This document shows, piece after piece, positions 1-9,761 of a stretch of DNA of 64,000 bases; the stretch's first letter is position 1, and the number at the start of each line of letters is the position of its first letter. This DNA is from an uncultured Candidatus Saccharibacteria bacterium (GTDB taxonomy: Bacteria > Patescibacteriota > Doudnabacteria > UBA920). The notes beneath the pieces were generated by a model. That model ran no database searches, was not told the DNA's origin, and saw nothing but the letters and a program-made list of their open reading frames with translations. The DNA lies in contig CAZQMO010000002.1 in the NCBI GenBank assembly GCA_964594755.1, forward strand, positions 9,889 to 73,888, given 5' to 3'. Both the position numbers and the translations under genes were made by a program.

Positions 1-1222
1 CTTGGGCAGTCTTAATGCCTAACAAGGCATGGGCAAATTGCTCTAACTTAGAAGGACCCCGATCACTCACAATTGGTGGTTCTAAAGGTGGTCCATCACC
101 ATCACCGCCACCACCGTTTCCTGGTTCATCAGGTATTTCTACACAGATTTCTAGGTACACTGGGGCACTTACATATTGACTAACTACGGTACGTTGATAA
201 GTAAGATCTCCACCGGTTGTCTGCACAGCTGAGGTATGCGAATCAATTCGGCGTAGTTTAAACTTGGTCGAAGAGTAGACTGTGGTTTGGGTACAAGTTT
301 GACCCACACCTGTTGGCTCCCAATCACTACAATAATTTGTACCTTGATTAGTAGTACTACTTACGATCTGATCAGAAATCCAAGGTCGCGCACTCGAAGC
401 ACCAACGTCGGGGATATTTTCCATTACAATATTGGCATCTACGCCCACATTCGGTGACAAAGCACTTGGAGTTTGCGGAATTGTAGTGGAAGTATAATCA
501 GCATTATATGAAAGGTTCAGCTGAGGTTCCAAAGCGATTCTAGCTGAAGTAAATCCACCACTCGAGGCCGTAGAAAATCCTGAAGCGCCACCACCAGCAG
601 AAGCCCATGATGTATACTGCATTGGACCCCATCCAGCTGCCACGCCTACTCGCAAATCTGTAATTCTTACACCAGGCTCCGGATTAGTACGGGTTTGGTA
701 ATAAATCCAAACACAATCCGCGTCATTAATATTTGCCTGAGCAAAACCAGTAGCAACCCCACCGCCTTCTGTAGCCCAAGGTGTCCAGGCAATACTGCCT
801 TGATCACGAGTACAACCAGACTCACTTTCTGCCAATCGGACTCCCAAACGGAAGTCATTGGTGTACATTGAACCACCAGACAAAGTGGTATTACCAGCAT
901 CCATCAAAATTTGGATACAATCTGGATCTTTGGCATTAGAGTCAGTTGCATAGGCTTGACTTAAACCGCTTGGCGGAGTGTAACTTGCTGGAGCCGAATA
1001 AGCCTGTTGTGCACTGCAACCCAAGTCTCTCACCGAGAGCTGGAATGCACTCGGACCACCTTGAGCAGCCTCTGCTTCTAATATCGTAAAAGCTTGACTA
1101 ACGCCCTGCTGTAACTGTTCGGGAATTACCGAACTGTTTGATGCCGATGACACCGGTATAAACGAACTGGTGAGTATGAATAGCGAGAAGAGGGTGAATA
1201 AAAATGAAGTTGGTTTTCTCAT
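1..1222 (-). CDS. Large secreted protein, 3'-partial (C-terminus lies beyond the window start). It has an N-terminal signal peptide, is Cys-containing, and carries a Gly/Pro-rich linker.
   Basis: By-eye reverse translation from the ATG at 1222–1220 gives MRKPTSFLFTLFSLFILTSSFIPVSSA... and stays open to position 1 (more than 400 codons). The ORF track does not list it because it runs off the edge. The overlapping track ORF 667..900 is in another frame and is probably spurious. Confidence 0.55.
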   Translation of the reverse strand, partial: MRKPTSFLFTLFSLFILTSSFIPVSSASNSSVIPEQLQQGVSQAFTILEAEAAQGGPSAFQLSVRDLGCSAQQAYSAPASYTPPSGLSQAYATDSNAKDPDCIQILMDAGNTTLSGGSMYTNDFRLGVRLAESESGCTRDQGSIAWTPWATEGGGVATGFAQANINDADCVWIYYQTRTNPEPGVRITDLRVGVAAGWGPMQYTSWASAGGGASGFSTASSGGFTSARIALEPQLNLSYNADYTSTTIPQTPSALSPNVGVDANIVMENIPDVGASSARPWISDQIVSSTTNQGTNYCSDWEPTGVGQTCTQTTVYSSTKFKLRRIDSHTSAVQTTGGDLTYQRTVVSQYVSAPVYLEICVEIPDEPGNGGGGDGDGPPLEPPIVSDRGPSKLEQFAHALLGIKTAQ

Positions 1223-1229
1223 ATAGTTG

Positions 1230-1709
1230 TTATTTTTGTTTTTGTAAACTGGTTAAGGTCACTTCAACGGTCTTTTGATTTGTTTCTGGATTTTGAGAGG
1301 CTACTATCCGCACTCGATCATCACCAAACTTAAGTACTGCCATAGTAGAACTTTCACTTTGGCGTGACAAAGATTCAATTAACAGCCAATTTTTTTTGGT
1401 AAAATAGTCAACATAATCCGCAACGGCTTGGGTAAGAGTTTGCTCAGTTGTAGTCACAATTGTTGCCTGTTGCCCACCTTCACTAGTTTTGGCTTCGTAG
1501 TTTTGCAACAAGGTACTGCCCGACTCAATATACAAGTCTGCAGGAAATAGCGAGCTAAACCCCTCTTCTGGTTCAATCTTTTCTACTTTAAACTCAGTGT
1601 CAGCCTGATTTTTAGTAGATAAGTCGTTTCGGCCTGATTGAAGATACACAGCTACAGCAGCAGCTGCGACAATAAGCACAATCGCTAAGCCTAATAGTTT
1701 TTTATTCAT
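1230..1709 (-). CDS. Membrane-anchored hypothetical protein; paralog of the 3444..3977 ORF
   Basis: N-terminal TM segment (LLGLAIVLIVAAAAVAVYL). The motifs SLFPxD and YxxYxxxxxW are shared with the 3444..3977 product. Confidence 0.6.
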   Translation of the reverse strand: MNKKLLGLAIVLIVAAAAVAVYLQSGRNDLSTKNQADTEFKVEKIEPEEGFSSLFPADLYIESGSTLLQNYEAKTSEGGQQATIVTTTEQTLTQAVADYVDYFTKKNWLLIESLSRQSESSTMAVLKFGDDRVRIVASQNPETNQKTVEVTLTSLQKQK

Positions 1710-1832
1710 TTTTAGTTTTGTTTCTTGGCTAAACTTAAATTGGCTTAGCCGTAAAAGTGATTTGTTATTTTTAGTATAGCATAGATTTATAGTTTTTGCA
1801 ACTAAATAAAAAACAGTAGGCTGGGCCTACTG

Positions 1833-3287
1833 TCATTGTGTTAAGGTAACCTTGGCTAAAAGGCCACCCGAAGTTGATGTGCCAAAAAAATCAATCCTTA
1901 AGCCATACTGAGGCTCCACCCAGGCTTGACCGGGCTGGCAAGGAGCATCAAAGGGAAAAGGATTGCTCCCACAATCAAGGATTAAAGGCTGACTTTGCCA
2001 GGGAATCATATCCGCATTACCTTTACGCACCACCATGCTTCTACCCCAAAACTGATAATTGGAAGCATAGTCATTGTACGGCGGGCGGTACGGGCTAAAC
2101 TCCAAGAACCTATATTCAGGTGACAAGACACCATTGCTGTCTCGCAACTGAATGAGGACACCTTTAGGAACTTTACCCCAGCTGTCTGCCGGTTGAATCC
2201 GGACCCACTGGCCTTGCGGGCCAGTTGGACCGCTAATGGTGGTCAAACGGCCACTAAACCAACCCATCATCAGGCGCACGTAAATGTTCGGTCCTGCCAA
2301 CTCACCCGAAGCCATAATATCAGCTTGATCGAATGCATCGTAGATTGTGCCATCAGTAGAGAGCACACCCGAATGATTCAAACCTAGATTGTGACCAAGT
2401 TCATGGGCGGCAATAAGTAAAATTTTAGTTGGTACCGTACTACGAAGAGGTAGCCAAATTCTGCCAAAGTAAGATTGGTCACCTTTTGGGCCAACGGTAG
2501 CCGTGCCACCAGTCGTGTCGTTATGGGGAGGAAAAACGAACACCAAAGATTTGCTATCCAAGTTAACTCCAACCGTGGTCGTGAGATAATTAATCACCCA
2601 GTTGGAACATTCATTGTAAATGCGGCTTTGCTCGGCGCAGTGTGCTTTGGTGAATGGGATGGTTAGCACCTGGGGATAGACTTCGCCCTGAATACCAAAC
2701 ACACCTACCTTTTTTTCCCAAAACTTTTTTAATGACACACTGTCCCAGCTACTGCCAAAGAAGTTTTCCGCTAATTCAACAGGCTGTTTTTCGGTCACGT
2801 CAAAGTCTGAGAACCGAAACCGCACAACATACAACCCTCTAATGTAGTGGGTTGGAGGTGGCGTGGTAAGAAAATTTTGACCAGACAGCCAAAATTTTTG
2901 TGGTTCGATGTCCCACTCATGCACTCCTGGTGGCAAAGTTGGTTGAGGATTATCCCACAACTGCTTAGCTTCAGGAAGCGGATCTAAAGCGGTGACGCTG
3001 CTAGGGACCAACGCTGAATTTTGCAGGACCCCAGTTATTTGCACTTTGCGATGCAGCCACGGCTGCCAATCCTTGCTGTTTCCAGCTAGGTTCACCCCAG
3101 TAAAATCGGGTAATCGCAAATTGAAACTTTCCTTTGAACTTTGATCTTCTTGATTATGGGTGACCACGAGGTCCACCACACCAATCCAAGACTGTTCAAC
3201 CATCCGAGACTGTTGGCCTTTTTGGGCTACAGCTAACTCTGGCACTGCCATAAGCAATGCTACCATTAAGAAAATTATTCGGCACAT
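1833..3287 (-). CDS. Secreted zinc metalloprotease, metzincin/matrixin-like (HExxHxxGxxH)
   Basis: Signal peptide MCRIIFLMVALLMAVPELAVAQ. The motif AAHELGHNLGLNHSG matches the matrixin zinc-binding consensus HE[LF]GHxLGLxHS, and a downstream ADIMAS sequence is a candidate Met-turn. Confidence 0.75.
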   Translation of the reverse strand: MCRIIFLMVALLMAVPELAVAQKGQQSRMVEQSWIGVVDLVVTHNQEDQSSKESFNLRLPDFTGVNLAGNSKDWQPWLHRKVQITGVLQNSALVPSSVTALDPLPEAKQLWDNPQPTLPPGVHEWDIEPQKFWLSGQNFLTTPPPTHYIRGLYVVRFRFSDFDVTEKQPVELAENFFGSSWDSVSLKKFWEKKVGVFGIQGEVYPQVLTIPFTKAHCAEQSRIYNECSNWVINYLTTTVGVNLDSKSLVFVFPPHNDTTGGTATVGPKGDQSYFGRIWLPLRSTVPTKILLIAAHELGHNLGLNHSGVLSTDGTIYDAFDQADIMASGELAGPNIYVRLMMGWFSGRLTTISGPTGPQGQWVRIQPADSWGKVPKGVLIQLRDSNGVLSPEYRFLEFSPYRPPYNDYASNYQFWGRSMVVRKGNADMIPWQSQPLILDCGSNPFPFDAPCQPGQAWVEPQYGLRIDFFGTSTSGGLLAKVTLTQ

Positions 3288-3443
3288 AAGCCCTCCTACT
3301 GTTTTGTAAAGTTCTTGACAAGTTCTTGCACTCTTGTCCTTGCGGTTACATTATAACCCATTTTCTACCAAATATCAGGGATTTTGTCAATACTAAATCC
3401 GCCTTTCAGCGGATTGTAGTAATGTGATTAATTTAAAGAATCA

Positions 3444-3977
3444 CTATGGCCGAGTTTCTGAGAAAACCAGCGAGACTGTAGTTGTCTGATTTATGGGGTT
3501 AGGTTCAATGCGCACCATTAAGGCCTGATAGCCTTTGCTGGCACGGAGCAATTTTTGACTAGAACCATTATTCTGAACACTAATATCCCAATCATTAGCC
3601 TGTAAGTATTCTAAGTATTTACTGTAATTTTGAGCTGGAGTAAGACGGGACTCAAAACGACGATTGGCTTGTAAATCACCGTCATCCGCTGTTAAACTTG
3701 AGTTTTCGACGATTTCTACGTCAGCTTCTAAAGGAATATCCTCTGGAAAAAGTGAAGGTAATCGGTCATCTGCGACCATCACCTTTTGGTATGGTAAATC
3801 AGACTGAGATTGCTGTTCACCAGACTTACTACCAGTTCGTTGCTTGGATTCATTAGACAAAAACAAAGCAACATACAACAATGCGAACAATGCTGCTATC
3901 AATACCAGCAGCTTAAAAGCCTGATCCATTGTGACACCAGTGTCCACTGGGTTAGTTTGATTTTTTAGTGGTGGCAT
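3444..3977 (-). CDS. Membrane-anchored hypothetical protein; paralog of the 1230..1709 ORF
   Basis: N-terminal TM segment (LLVLIAALFALLYVALFL). It shares the PSLFPEDIP and YLEYLQANDW motifs with the 1230..1709 product. Confidence 0.6.
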   Translation of the reverse strand: MPPLKNQTNPVDTGVTMDQAFKLLVLIAALFALLYVALFLSNESKQRTGSKSGEQQSQSDLPYQKVMVADDRLPSLFPEDIPLEADVEIVENSSLTADDGDLQANRRFESRLTPAQNYSKYLEYLQANDWDISVQNNGSSQKLLRASKGYQALMVRIEPNPINQTTTVSLVFSETRP

Positions 3978-4075
3978 ATTTTATTTTAATTTCTTCCGCC
4001 AAGCGGATTAGGTAAACTTTACTTCATTATACACTAAAAACAAAAGAATTGCCTATTGGCAATTCTTTGTAATAA

Positions 4076-4543
4076 TTAAGCTTTGACTTCTTCTGCAGGC
4101 GCTTCTGTGTCAGGAGCCTGTGGAATTTCTTCGGTAGGTACAGATTCCTCTGCCGCTGCTTCTGCTACAGTTTCAGTTTCTGCTGAAGCTTCAGCAGATT
4201 CTGCAGGAGCTTCCCCTTCGGTCGCCTCAGCTGGTGCTGTCTCTGAAGCTTCTTCAGCTACAACTTCTTTCTTAGGAATAGCAAAGGCGCGCTTTTTATC
4301 GGCCTTTAACAATTCTTTAGTGACTAACAAGTTGTGAACTGTGTTAGACAACTCTACGTGCTGATCGTTCATCCAATAGTTGAGACGTTCTTGATCGCGA
4401 ATTGTCAGCTCTTTGTTGTGTGGGTTGTAAGCACCAAGAATTTCTATGAATTGCTTTTGGTTAGCTGCAGTCTTGTTTGCTAGAACAAGTTTGTACTGAG
4501 CTGTATTACGCTTACCGCCACGTTGTAATCGGATAGTTAACAT
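4076..4543 (-). CDS. rpsP: 30S ribosomal protein S16 with an Ala/Glu-rich C-terminal extension
   Basis: N-terminus MLTIRLQRGGKRNTAQYKLVLA is typical of S16. The tail is a low-complexity acidic/Ala stretch. Confidence 0.85.
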   Translation of the reverse strand: MLTIRLQRGGKRNTAQYKLVLANKTAANQKQFIEILGAYNPHNKELTIRDQERLNYWMNDQHVELSNTVHNLLVTKELLKADKKRAFAIPKKEVVAEEASETAPAEATEGEAPAESAEASAETETVAEAAAEESVPTEEIPQAPDTEAPAEEVKA

Positions 4544-4655
4544 TAAATAAGTCTATAAATTATGCTTCTGGCCTACAGAGTTGACGGACTCGCGACCTGA
4601 AAAGTAAACCCTCTTTCGCCAAAGCTTTAGAGGGTTATTTGTCTAAGAATTTCCA

Positions 4656-4695
4656 AAGACAAATAAAAAGGACTTCCATAGTTTACCACTAGAAG
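4656..4695 (-). terminator. Rho-independent terminator downstream of smc
   Basis: Hairpin ggacttc...gaagtcc followed by a U-run on the minus strand. Confidence 0.5.
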
Positions 4696-4790
4696 TCCGT
4701 TTGGTCAAGGTGAGTTCCCAGCTGGCCTGTGCTCGCTTCTCGCTCGCTTCTGACTGCGGGTGACAAAAAATTTAAGCTATAAATTTCTTG

Positions 4791-7406
4791 TTACTTGGCG
4801 TAAGCCGTTGCTTGGTCCATCTTAATTGAAAGCAGTTGCGAGACGCCATCATCACCCATCGTCACACCGTATAAAATATTGGCTTGGGCCATAGTTTCGC
4901 GGTTATGGGTAATAGTTATGAATTGAGTTGTGTCTGCTAAGCGACCTAAAATTTGTCCGAAGCGAATTGTGTTAGCTTCGTCCAAAGCTGCGTCAACTTC
5001 ATCAAGCACCACGAATGGTGAAGGGAAACAAGTTAACAAGCTACACAACAAAGCAATAGAAGTTAACGAGCGTTCTCCCCCAGACAAAGACTGAATCGAA
5101 GAAAGCTTTTTGCCGGGTGGAGTAGCTTTGATATCTACACCTGATACTGCCAAAGAATCTTTTTCGTACTTGGCAACAATTTTTTCTTCTGGTCGAACAG
5201 CCTGTTCTGCGTCTTCTGCAGCTTCCTTATCTAGTTCTGCTTCGGCTTCCGTGCGATTATCAGCAGCTTTAACTAAAGACAAGTAAGCGCGCCCTCCATT
5301 GAATAAGACTCTAAAATATTGTTCAAACTGAGTATTTACTTTTTGGAACGCAGAATTAAATTTAGTCTTAATGTGCTCATCTAGTTCATCCATCACGGCG
5401 CGTAAATCATTCATACTCTTATGCAAATCTGTGACTTGATGTTCTAAATTAGTAAACCGACTTTCGGTTTCATGATACTCTTGAATGGTTAACTCATCGA
5501 CACCACCGACTAATTCGAGCTGGTGCTTAAGTTTAGAAATTTTACTTTCCAGATTATCAGTCTCAACCTTAATGGGTTGGACTTGAATCTTGTCGAGCAT
5601 CTCACTGCCCAAGTTAGCCACGATTTCGGAGACAATCATTTGCGATTGGGTTTCTAGTTTGGCTTTTTCGACTTCTACTTTAGTAACTTGATCGCGAATT
5701 CTACTTAACTCGTCTTGCTGCTTACGGAACATTTTATCTTCTTCGGCAATGGCTGCTTTCCAAGAGTTCTCTGCCGCATAAAACGACTGAAGTTTATCAT
5801 CAAGTACGGCAATATCTTTACTTAATTGGGAAATCTTTTCTTGAATTTTATTTTCTTCGCTAGCTAATTCCGCAACGTAGTTATCATTACTACCTGCAGT
5901 GGCTTTCTTGAGCTCTAAATCAATTTGTAATTTTTCATTCTGCAAACTTGTTAACTGGCCCTGAAGAAAATCTAAACTCAACTCTGATTTGGAAACGGCC
6001 ATCGCGAGATTAGTTTGCTCTGCCAACAAGCGATCTTTTTGCTCAGTTAACTCAGATAATTGTAATTGAAGCTTTCGATTATAATCTGGATGTTTAGCAG
6101 CTTCGGTGGTAGTCTGTTTAAACTTTTGCCAAGCCGACAGGACAGCGCTGGTTGCATTTCGAATCTGACCAACATCAGCAGTTTCTTCGATAATGCGTTC
6201 AAACTGGGAAAAAGTATTATCGAGAACAGTCATCTGCTCCTCGATTAAATTCCAATCACTCCCTGCTGGGTTACTAATCGCAGCATATAGCTCGGTAAGT
6301 TGAGCATTGACTGTGCTTAAAGTTTTATCAGCGCTACTTTTTTGCTGACTGGCTTCCGCTAATTTCTTTTGAGATAATTTGATCTGGGATTCAATATCGA
6401 CAATTTTTTGATTTAAAGCATGACTATCTACCTGCAGACTGGCGCTATCGCCACTTCCAGACTTCTGGCTTTGCATTTTCCCACGAACCATACTAGCTTG
6501 TTCCACTAGTGCATTCTTTTCGGTCTGCTTACTCTGAACCTGTTCTTGAATCCGTTTGTACTCTGCCAGTTGTTGCTCGTTATCTTTTTCGTGTTGCTCA
6601 ATCTTAGAAAGATGGGCGTTCATGGTCGCTTCAATTTGTTCTTTCTGATCCTGATAAATAGTTAACTCTTTTTTGAGATCACTAATTGCACGATTAAAGT
6701 TCCACCACTGACTCCCAAAAAATTCTTTTTGATAAGCTTTTAAGTCTACTTCAATCTCGGCACGTGCCTCCATGCGCTTGGCTTGACGACGTAAACTCTT
6801 CACGCGTGGCTCTAACTCACGAAGTAAATCTTCGGCGCGCATTAAGTTCTGCGCCGTTTGCTCCAATCTCCGCAACGTTCGTTCACGTTTCAAGTAATAA
6901 GTTTTAACACCACTAGCTTCGTCGATTAAATTCTTAATTTCCGATGGACCAGTTAGAATCATTTGATCAATAGTACCCTGGCCAATAACGGTATAACGAG
7001 AAGTACCGATGTTACTCTTTAAGACCAAATCAATAATATCGAGTAAGCGAACTTTACTGCCGTTCAATAAATACTCGCTCTCTCCGCTTCGGGTGATTCG
7101 ACGACCAATCGCCACTTCGGCAGCATCAACAGGAATTTTATGATCACGGTTATCAAAAGTGGCAATGACTTCAGCTACCCCGGCACGCCCGCGTTTATCA
7201 CTGCCAGCGAAAATCACGTCTTCACTCTTTTTCCCACGCATTAACTTGGCGCTTTGCTCACCTAAAACCCAACGCAAGCAATCCGCTGCGTTGGATTTAC
7301 CGCTACCGTTCGGGCCAACGATAGCAGTAATGCCAGGTCCGAACTCCATAATGGTTTTTTTTGCGAAAGATTTAAATCCCTGTATTTCTAGTCGTTTGAG
7401 GTACAT
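4791..7406 (-). CDS. smc: Chromosome segregation protein SMC (compact form)
   Basis: N-terminal Walker A (GPNGSGKSN), a long coiled-coil region, and a C-terminal signature LSGGERSLTSIALL ... VLDEVDAALD. Confidence 0.85.
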   Translation of the reverse strand: MYLKRLEIQGFKSFAKKTIMEFGPGITAIVGPNGSGKSNAADCLRWVLGEQSAKLMRGKKSEDVIFAGSDKRGRAGVAEVIATFDNRDHKIPVDAAEVAIGRRITRSGESEYLLNGSKVRLLDIIDLVLKSNIGTSRYTVIGQGTIDQMILTGPSEIKNLIDEASGVKTYYLKRERTLRRLEQTAQNLMRAEDLLRELEPRVKSLRRQAKRMEARAEIEVDLKAYQKEFFGSQWWNFNRAISDLKKELTIYQDQKEQIEATMNAHLSKIEQHEKDNEQQLAEYKRIQEQVQSKQTEKNALVEQASMVRGKMQSQKSGSGDSASLQVDSHALNQKIVDIESQIKLSQKKLAEASQQKSSADKTLSTVNAQLTELYAAISNPAGSDWNLIEEQMTVLDNTFSQFERIIEETADVGQIRNATSAVLSAWQKFKQTTTEAAKHPDYNRKLQLQLSELTEQKDRLLAEQTNLAMAVSKSELSLDFLQGQLTSLQNEKLQIDLELKKATAGSNDNYVAELASEENKIQEKISQLSKDIAVLDDKLQSFYAAENSWKAAIAEEDKMFRKQQDELSRIRDQVTKVEVEKAKLETQSQMIVSEIVANLGSEMLDKIQVQPIKVETDNLESKISKLKHQLELVGGVDELTIQEYHETESRFTNLEHQVTDLHKSMNDLRAVMDELDEHIKTKFNSAFQKVNTQFEQYFRVLFNGGRAYLSLVKAADNRTEAEAELDKEAAEDAEQAVRPEEKIVAKYEKDSLAVSGVDIKATPPGKKLSSIQSLSGGERSLTSIALLCSLLTCFPSPFVVLDEVDAALDEANTIRFGQILGRLADTTQFITITHNRETMAQANILYGVTMGDDGVSQLLSIKMDQATAYAK

Positions 7407-7504
7407 AACTTCTGTAATTATACCATGTTAAAGAGGCTGTTTAACTATGTGTAAAGTTCTAGCTTGCTTTTGCTTTGAGGTCGCGAAACTTCATGGCTTC
7501 TCAG

Positions 7505-7537
7505 ATAACAAAACCACTTCTTTTGAAGTGGCTTTGT
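7505..7537 (-). terminator. Rho-independent terminator downstream of rnc
   Basis: ccacttc-ttttg-aagtgg hairpin with a U-run on the minus strand. Confidence 0.5.
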
Positions 7538-7668
7538 TAATTTGCTTTTTGTTTGGTTACTCGGAGATCGATCTTGTATTTACCTTATCAGGGCTAGTAT
7601 ACCTGGTCAACAAGACTTATCCCCACTTCTCCGCCAAGGCTACGCCGTGCAAGCACCTTAACTAAATT

Positions 7669-8355
7669 TTATACTTTCAGATTATGCAAAGCATTCTCTG
7701 CTGCTGCAATTTCACCTTCTTGCTTTGATGGGCCTTGTCCACGACCTAATTCTTTTTCTCCCATGAAACAAGCAACAACGAAAACTTTATCATGATCAGG
7801 TCCACTTTCGGAAATCACACCATAAGTTGGGGTGATTCCCCACTTCTCTTGAACGATTTCCTGAAGTTTACTCTTAGGATCCATATAAGAACCACCAGTA
7901 ATGATTTGCGGGAGCTCGACTAAGATTTCTTTCTCAACGAACAGCCTGGTTGGTTCATAGCCAAGATCAAGATACACCGCTCCAATCAGAGCTTCTATGG
8001 TGTTAGCTAAAATTACTTGTCTGGCGCGACCAATATCTTTTGCTTCCCCACGAGACATTAACAAATGTTTTTCTAAACCAATCCGTTTAGCAATAGTAGA
8101 GAGAATTTTATAATTTACCAGAGCACTACGAAAGTTGGTTAGCTCACCTTCTGGGTGATCATAATTCCGATAAAGGTAATCCGTGGCAATCAGTTCCAAA
8201 ACTGCATCCCCTAAAAACTCTAGTCTTTCGTTGTGAGGCAATTCAAAACCTCGATGTTCGTTTAAATACGAACGATGAGTAAACGCTGAAACGTACAGTG
8301 ACACATCTTTCGGCTCAGCGCCGATAATGGCCGTGATTTCTTTCGCTGAAATCAT
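7669..8355 (-). CDS. rnc: Ribonuclease III
   Basis: RNase III signature ERLEFLGDAVLEL, plus a C-terminal dsRBD-like region. Confidence 0.9.
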   Translation of the reverse strand: MISAKEITAIIGAEPKDVSLYVSAFTHRSYLNEHRGFELPHNERLEFLGDAVLELIATDYLYRNYDHPEGELTNFRSALVNYKILSTIAKRIGLEKHLLMSRGEAKDIGRARQVILANTIEALIGAVYLDLGYEPTRLFVEKEILVELPQIITGGSYMDPKSKLQEIVQEKWGITPTYGVISESGPDHDKVFVVACFMGEKELGRGQGPSKQEGEIAAAENALHNLKV

Positions 8356-8664
8356 TTTGATTCCTTTACACTATCTCAGCGAAATAATTTTTAGGTGGAA
8401 TTAAATAGTATACAAAATAGTTGGGTGAAAAAATTGTGACCTTTAGCATTTGCTAAGCAGAAAATTTTTTCCCACAAATAGTCGTAATGTATATATTTCG
8501 ACTTAAATTATTTCGCTGATGCTGTGTGATTACTCAAGAATCATGAATTGCGAATCACTAGGATAAACTTGTCCTGTGATTCCCACTTCTCGATGCTTGA
8601 TAATTAATTAATTTCGAGGCCACCGCAACGCTTGGGCTGAGGCGGCTGAGGGCCAGATGGGCCG

Positions 8665-8739
8665 TGGTGGACGATAGAGGATTCGAACCTCTGACCCTTC
8701 CCACGTCAAGGGAATGCTCTACCACTGAGCTAATCGTCC
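8665..8739 (-). tRNA. tRNA-Val (anticodon GAC)
   Basis: Cloverleaf recognised by eye: GGACGATTAGCTCAGTGGTAGAGC...TTGACGT loop...GGTTCGAATCC...CCA. Confidence 0.85.
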
Positions 8740-8756
8740 TTTGAATCTGCATCATT

Positions 8757-9725
8757 CTATAATATTTCTTGACTTTTGTCTATGGAATGATGCAAATGAA
8801 CACTCAAATTTGGCTGGGCCAGCTTCACCCCAGGGGTTGATTGAGGAACTTTTTTAGCTTTAATTAGTTGGTCGAACCATAAAATCATAACAACATTAAA
8901 CCAAATATTATTTAAGAGTAACCAAAATAAAAACAAGGTACTAGCGACGATAGCTACTACCACTCGCCAAGCCGCTAATGCAGTAACTGGTAAAAAATAT
9001 TCTGGTGGCGTACTCAACAGTGCTGGCAACTGCCATAACACTGTACCCGCAGCTGCTACAGAAACTAAAAATACCGCTGTAGCCAAAATTGTAATACTTG
9101 CGATTGATCGAAACTTCAAGGCTATAGTATCTGCTGCCATGATTGCCGCTTTCGTCAAAGATTGTTGGTACCAAAAAATAAACAATACTGTAAATAAATT
9201 CCACCAAGAAATTAACACTAAAGCTACTAATACTGATAAAATCATCAGCATGGTTTTTAGCAGGCTATACTCACTGTGCAAAGAATAAATATGAAAACTG
9301 CCCAACACCATCGCCGTAGTCAAAGCAGTAAGAAAACTTGCACCGACTGTATGCCAAACAATATATTTTGCTTGCCAAAGATATTTGAAGATAGAGGTTT
9401 GCTTTAATTCAATACAAAGGGGGCACATGTCCTTGGTCACGTCATGTAAACCATTATGGACTAGCCCTAAAAACATCAGTTTACAGAAATTTACTACAAC
9501 AAAAGCAAAAGTGATTATTACCACTCCCAACAGAATTATCTGCACCGATGTAGTTGCAAAAAATTGGTCGCTGACCAGAATGAATAAATTGGTTTCTGAT
9601 AACCACTGCGCTGCGTACCAGGTATGCAAATTAAAGGCTGATGCTAAGAATATCCCAAACAGCCATAAACTTTTACGGTTTACGGTAATTTTGGTAGCTT
9701 GCAGAAAAATCTGTAATTTTGTCAT
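8757..9725 (-). CDS. Polytopic integral membrane protein, function unknown
   Basis: About 8 hydrophobic helices with no recognisable catalytic motif. The start lies directly downstream of tRNA-Val. Confidence 0.5.
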   Translation of the reverse strand: MTKLQIFLQATKITVNRKSLWLFGIFLASAFNLHTWYAAQWLSETNLFILVSDQFFATTSVQIILLGVVIITFAFVVVNFCKLMFLGLVHNGLHDVTKDMCPLCIELKQTSIFKYLWQAKYIVWHTVGASFLTALTTAMVLGSFHIYSLHSEYSLLKTMLMILSVLVALVLISWWNLFTVLFIFWYQQSLTKAAIMAADTIALKFRSIASITILATAVFLVSVAAAGTVLWQLPALLSTPPEYFLPVTALAAWRVVVAIVASTLFLFWLLLNNIWFNVVMILWFDQLIKAKKVPQSTPGVKLAQPNLSVHLHHSIDKSQEIL

Positions 9726-9761
9726 CGATAATAAAGCCAGCCCGAAAGGGCTGGCATAATC

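Noticed and set aside
667-900. Track ORF on the minus strand (77 aa)
   Set aside because: It lies in a different frame inside the long, open 1..1222 minus-strand secreted-protein ORF, and its product is low-complexity. I treat it as spurious.
8558-8755. Track ORF on the minus strand (65 aa)
   Set aside because: It completely overlaps tRNA-Val(GAC) on the same strand.
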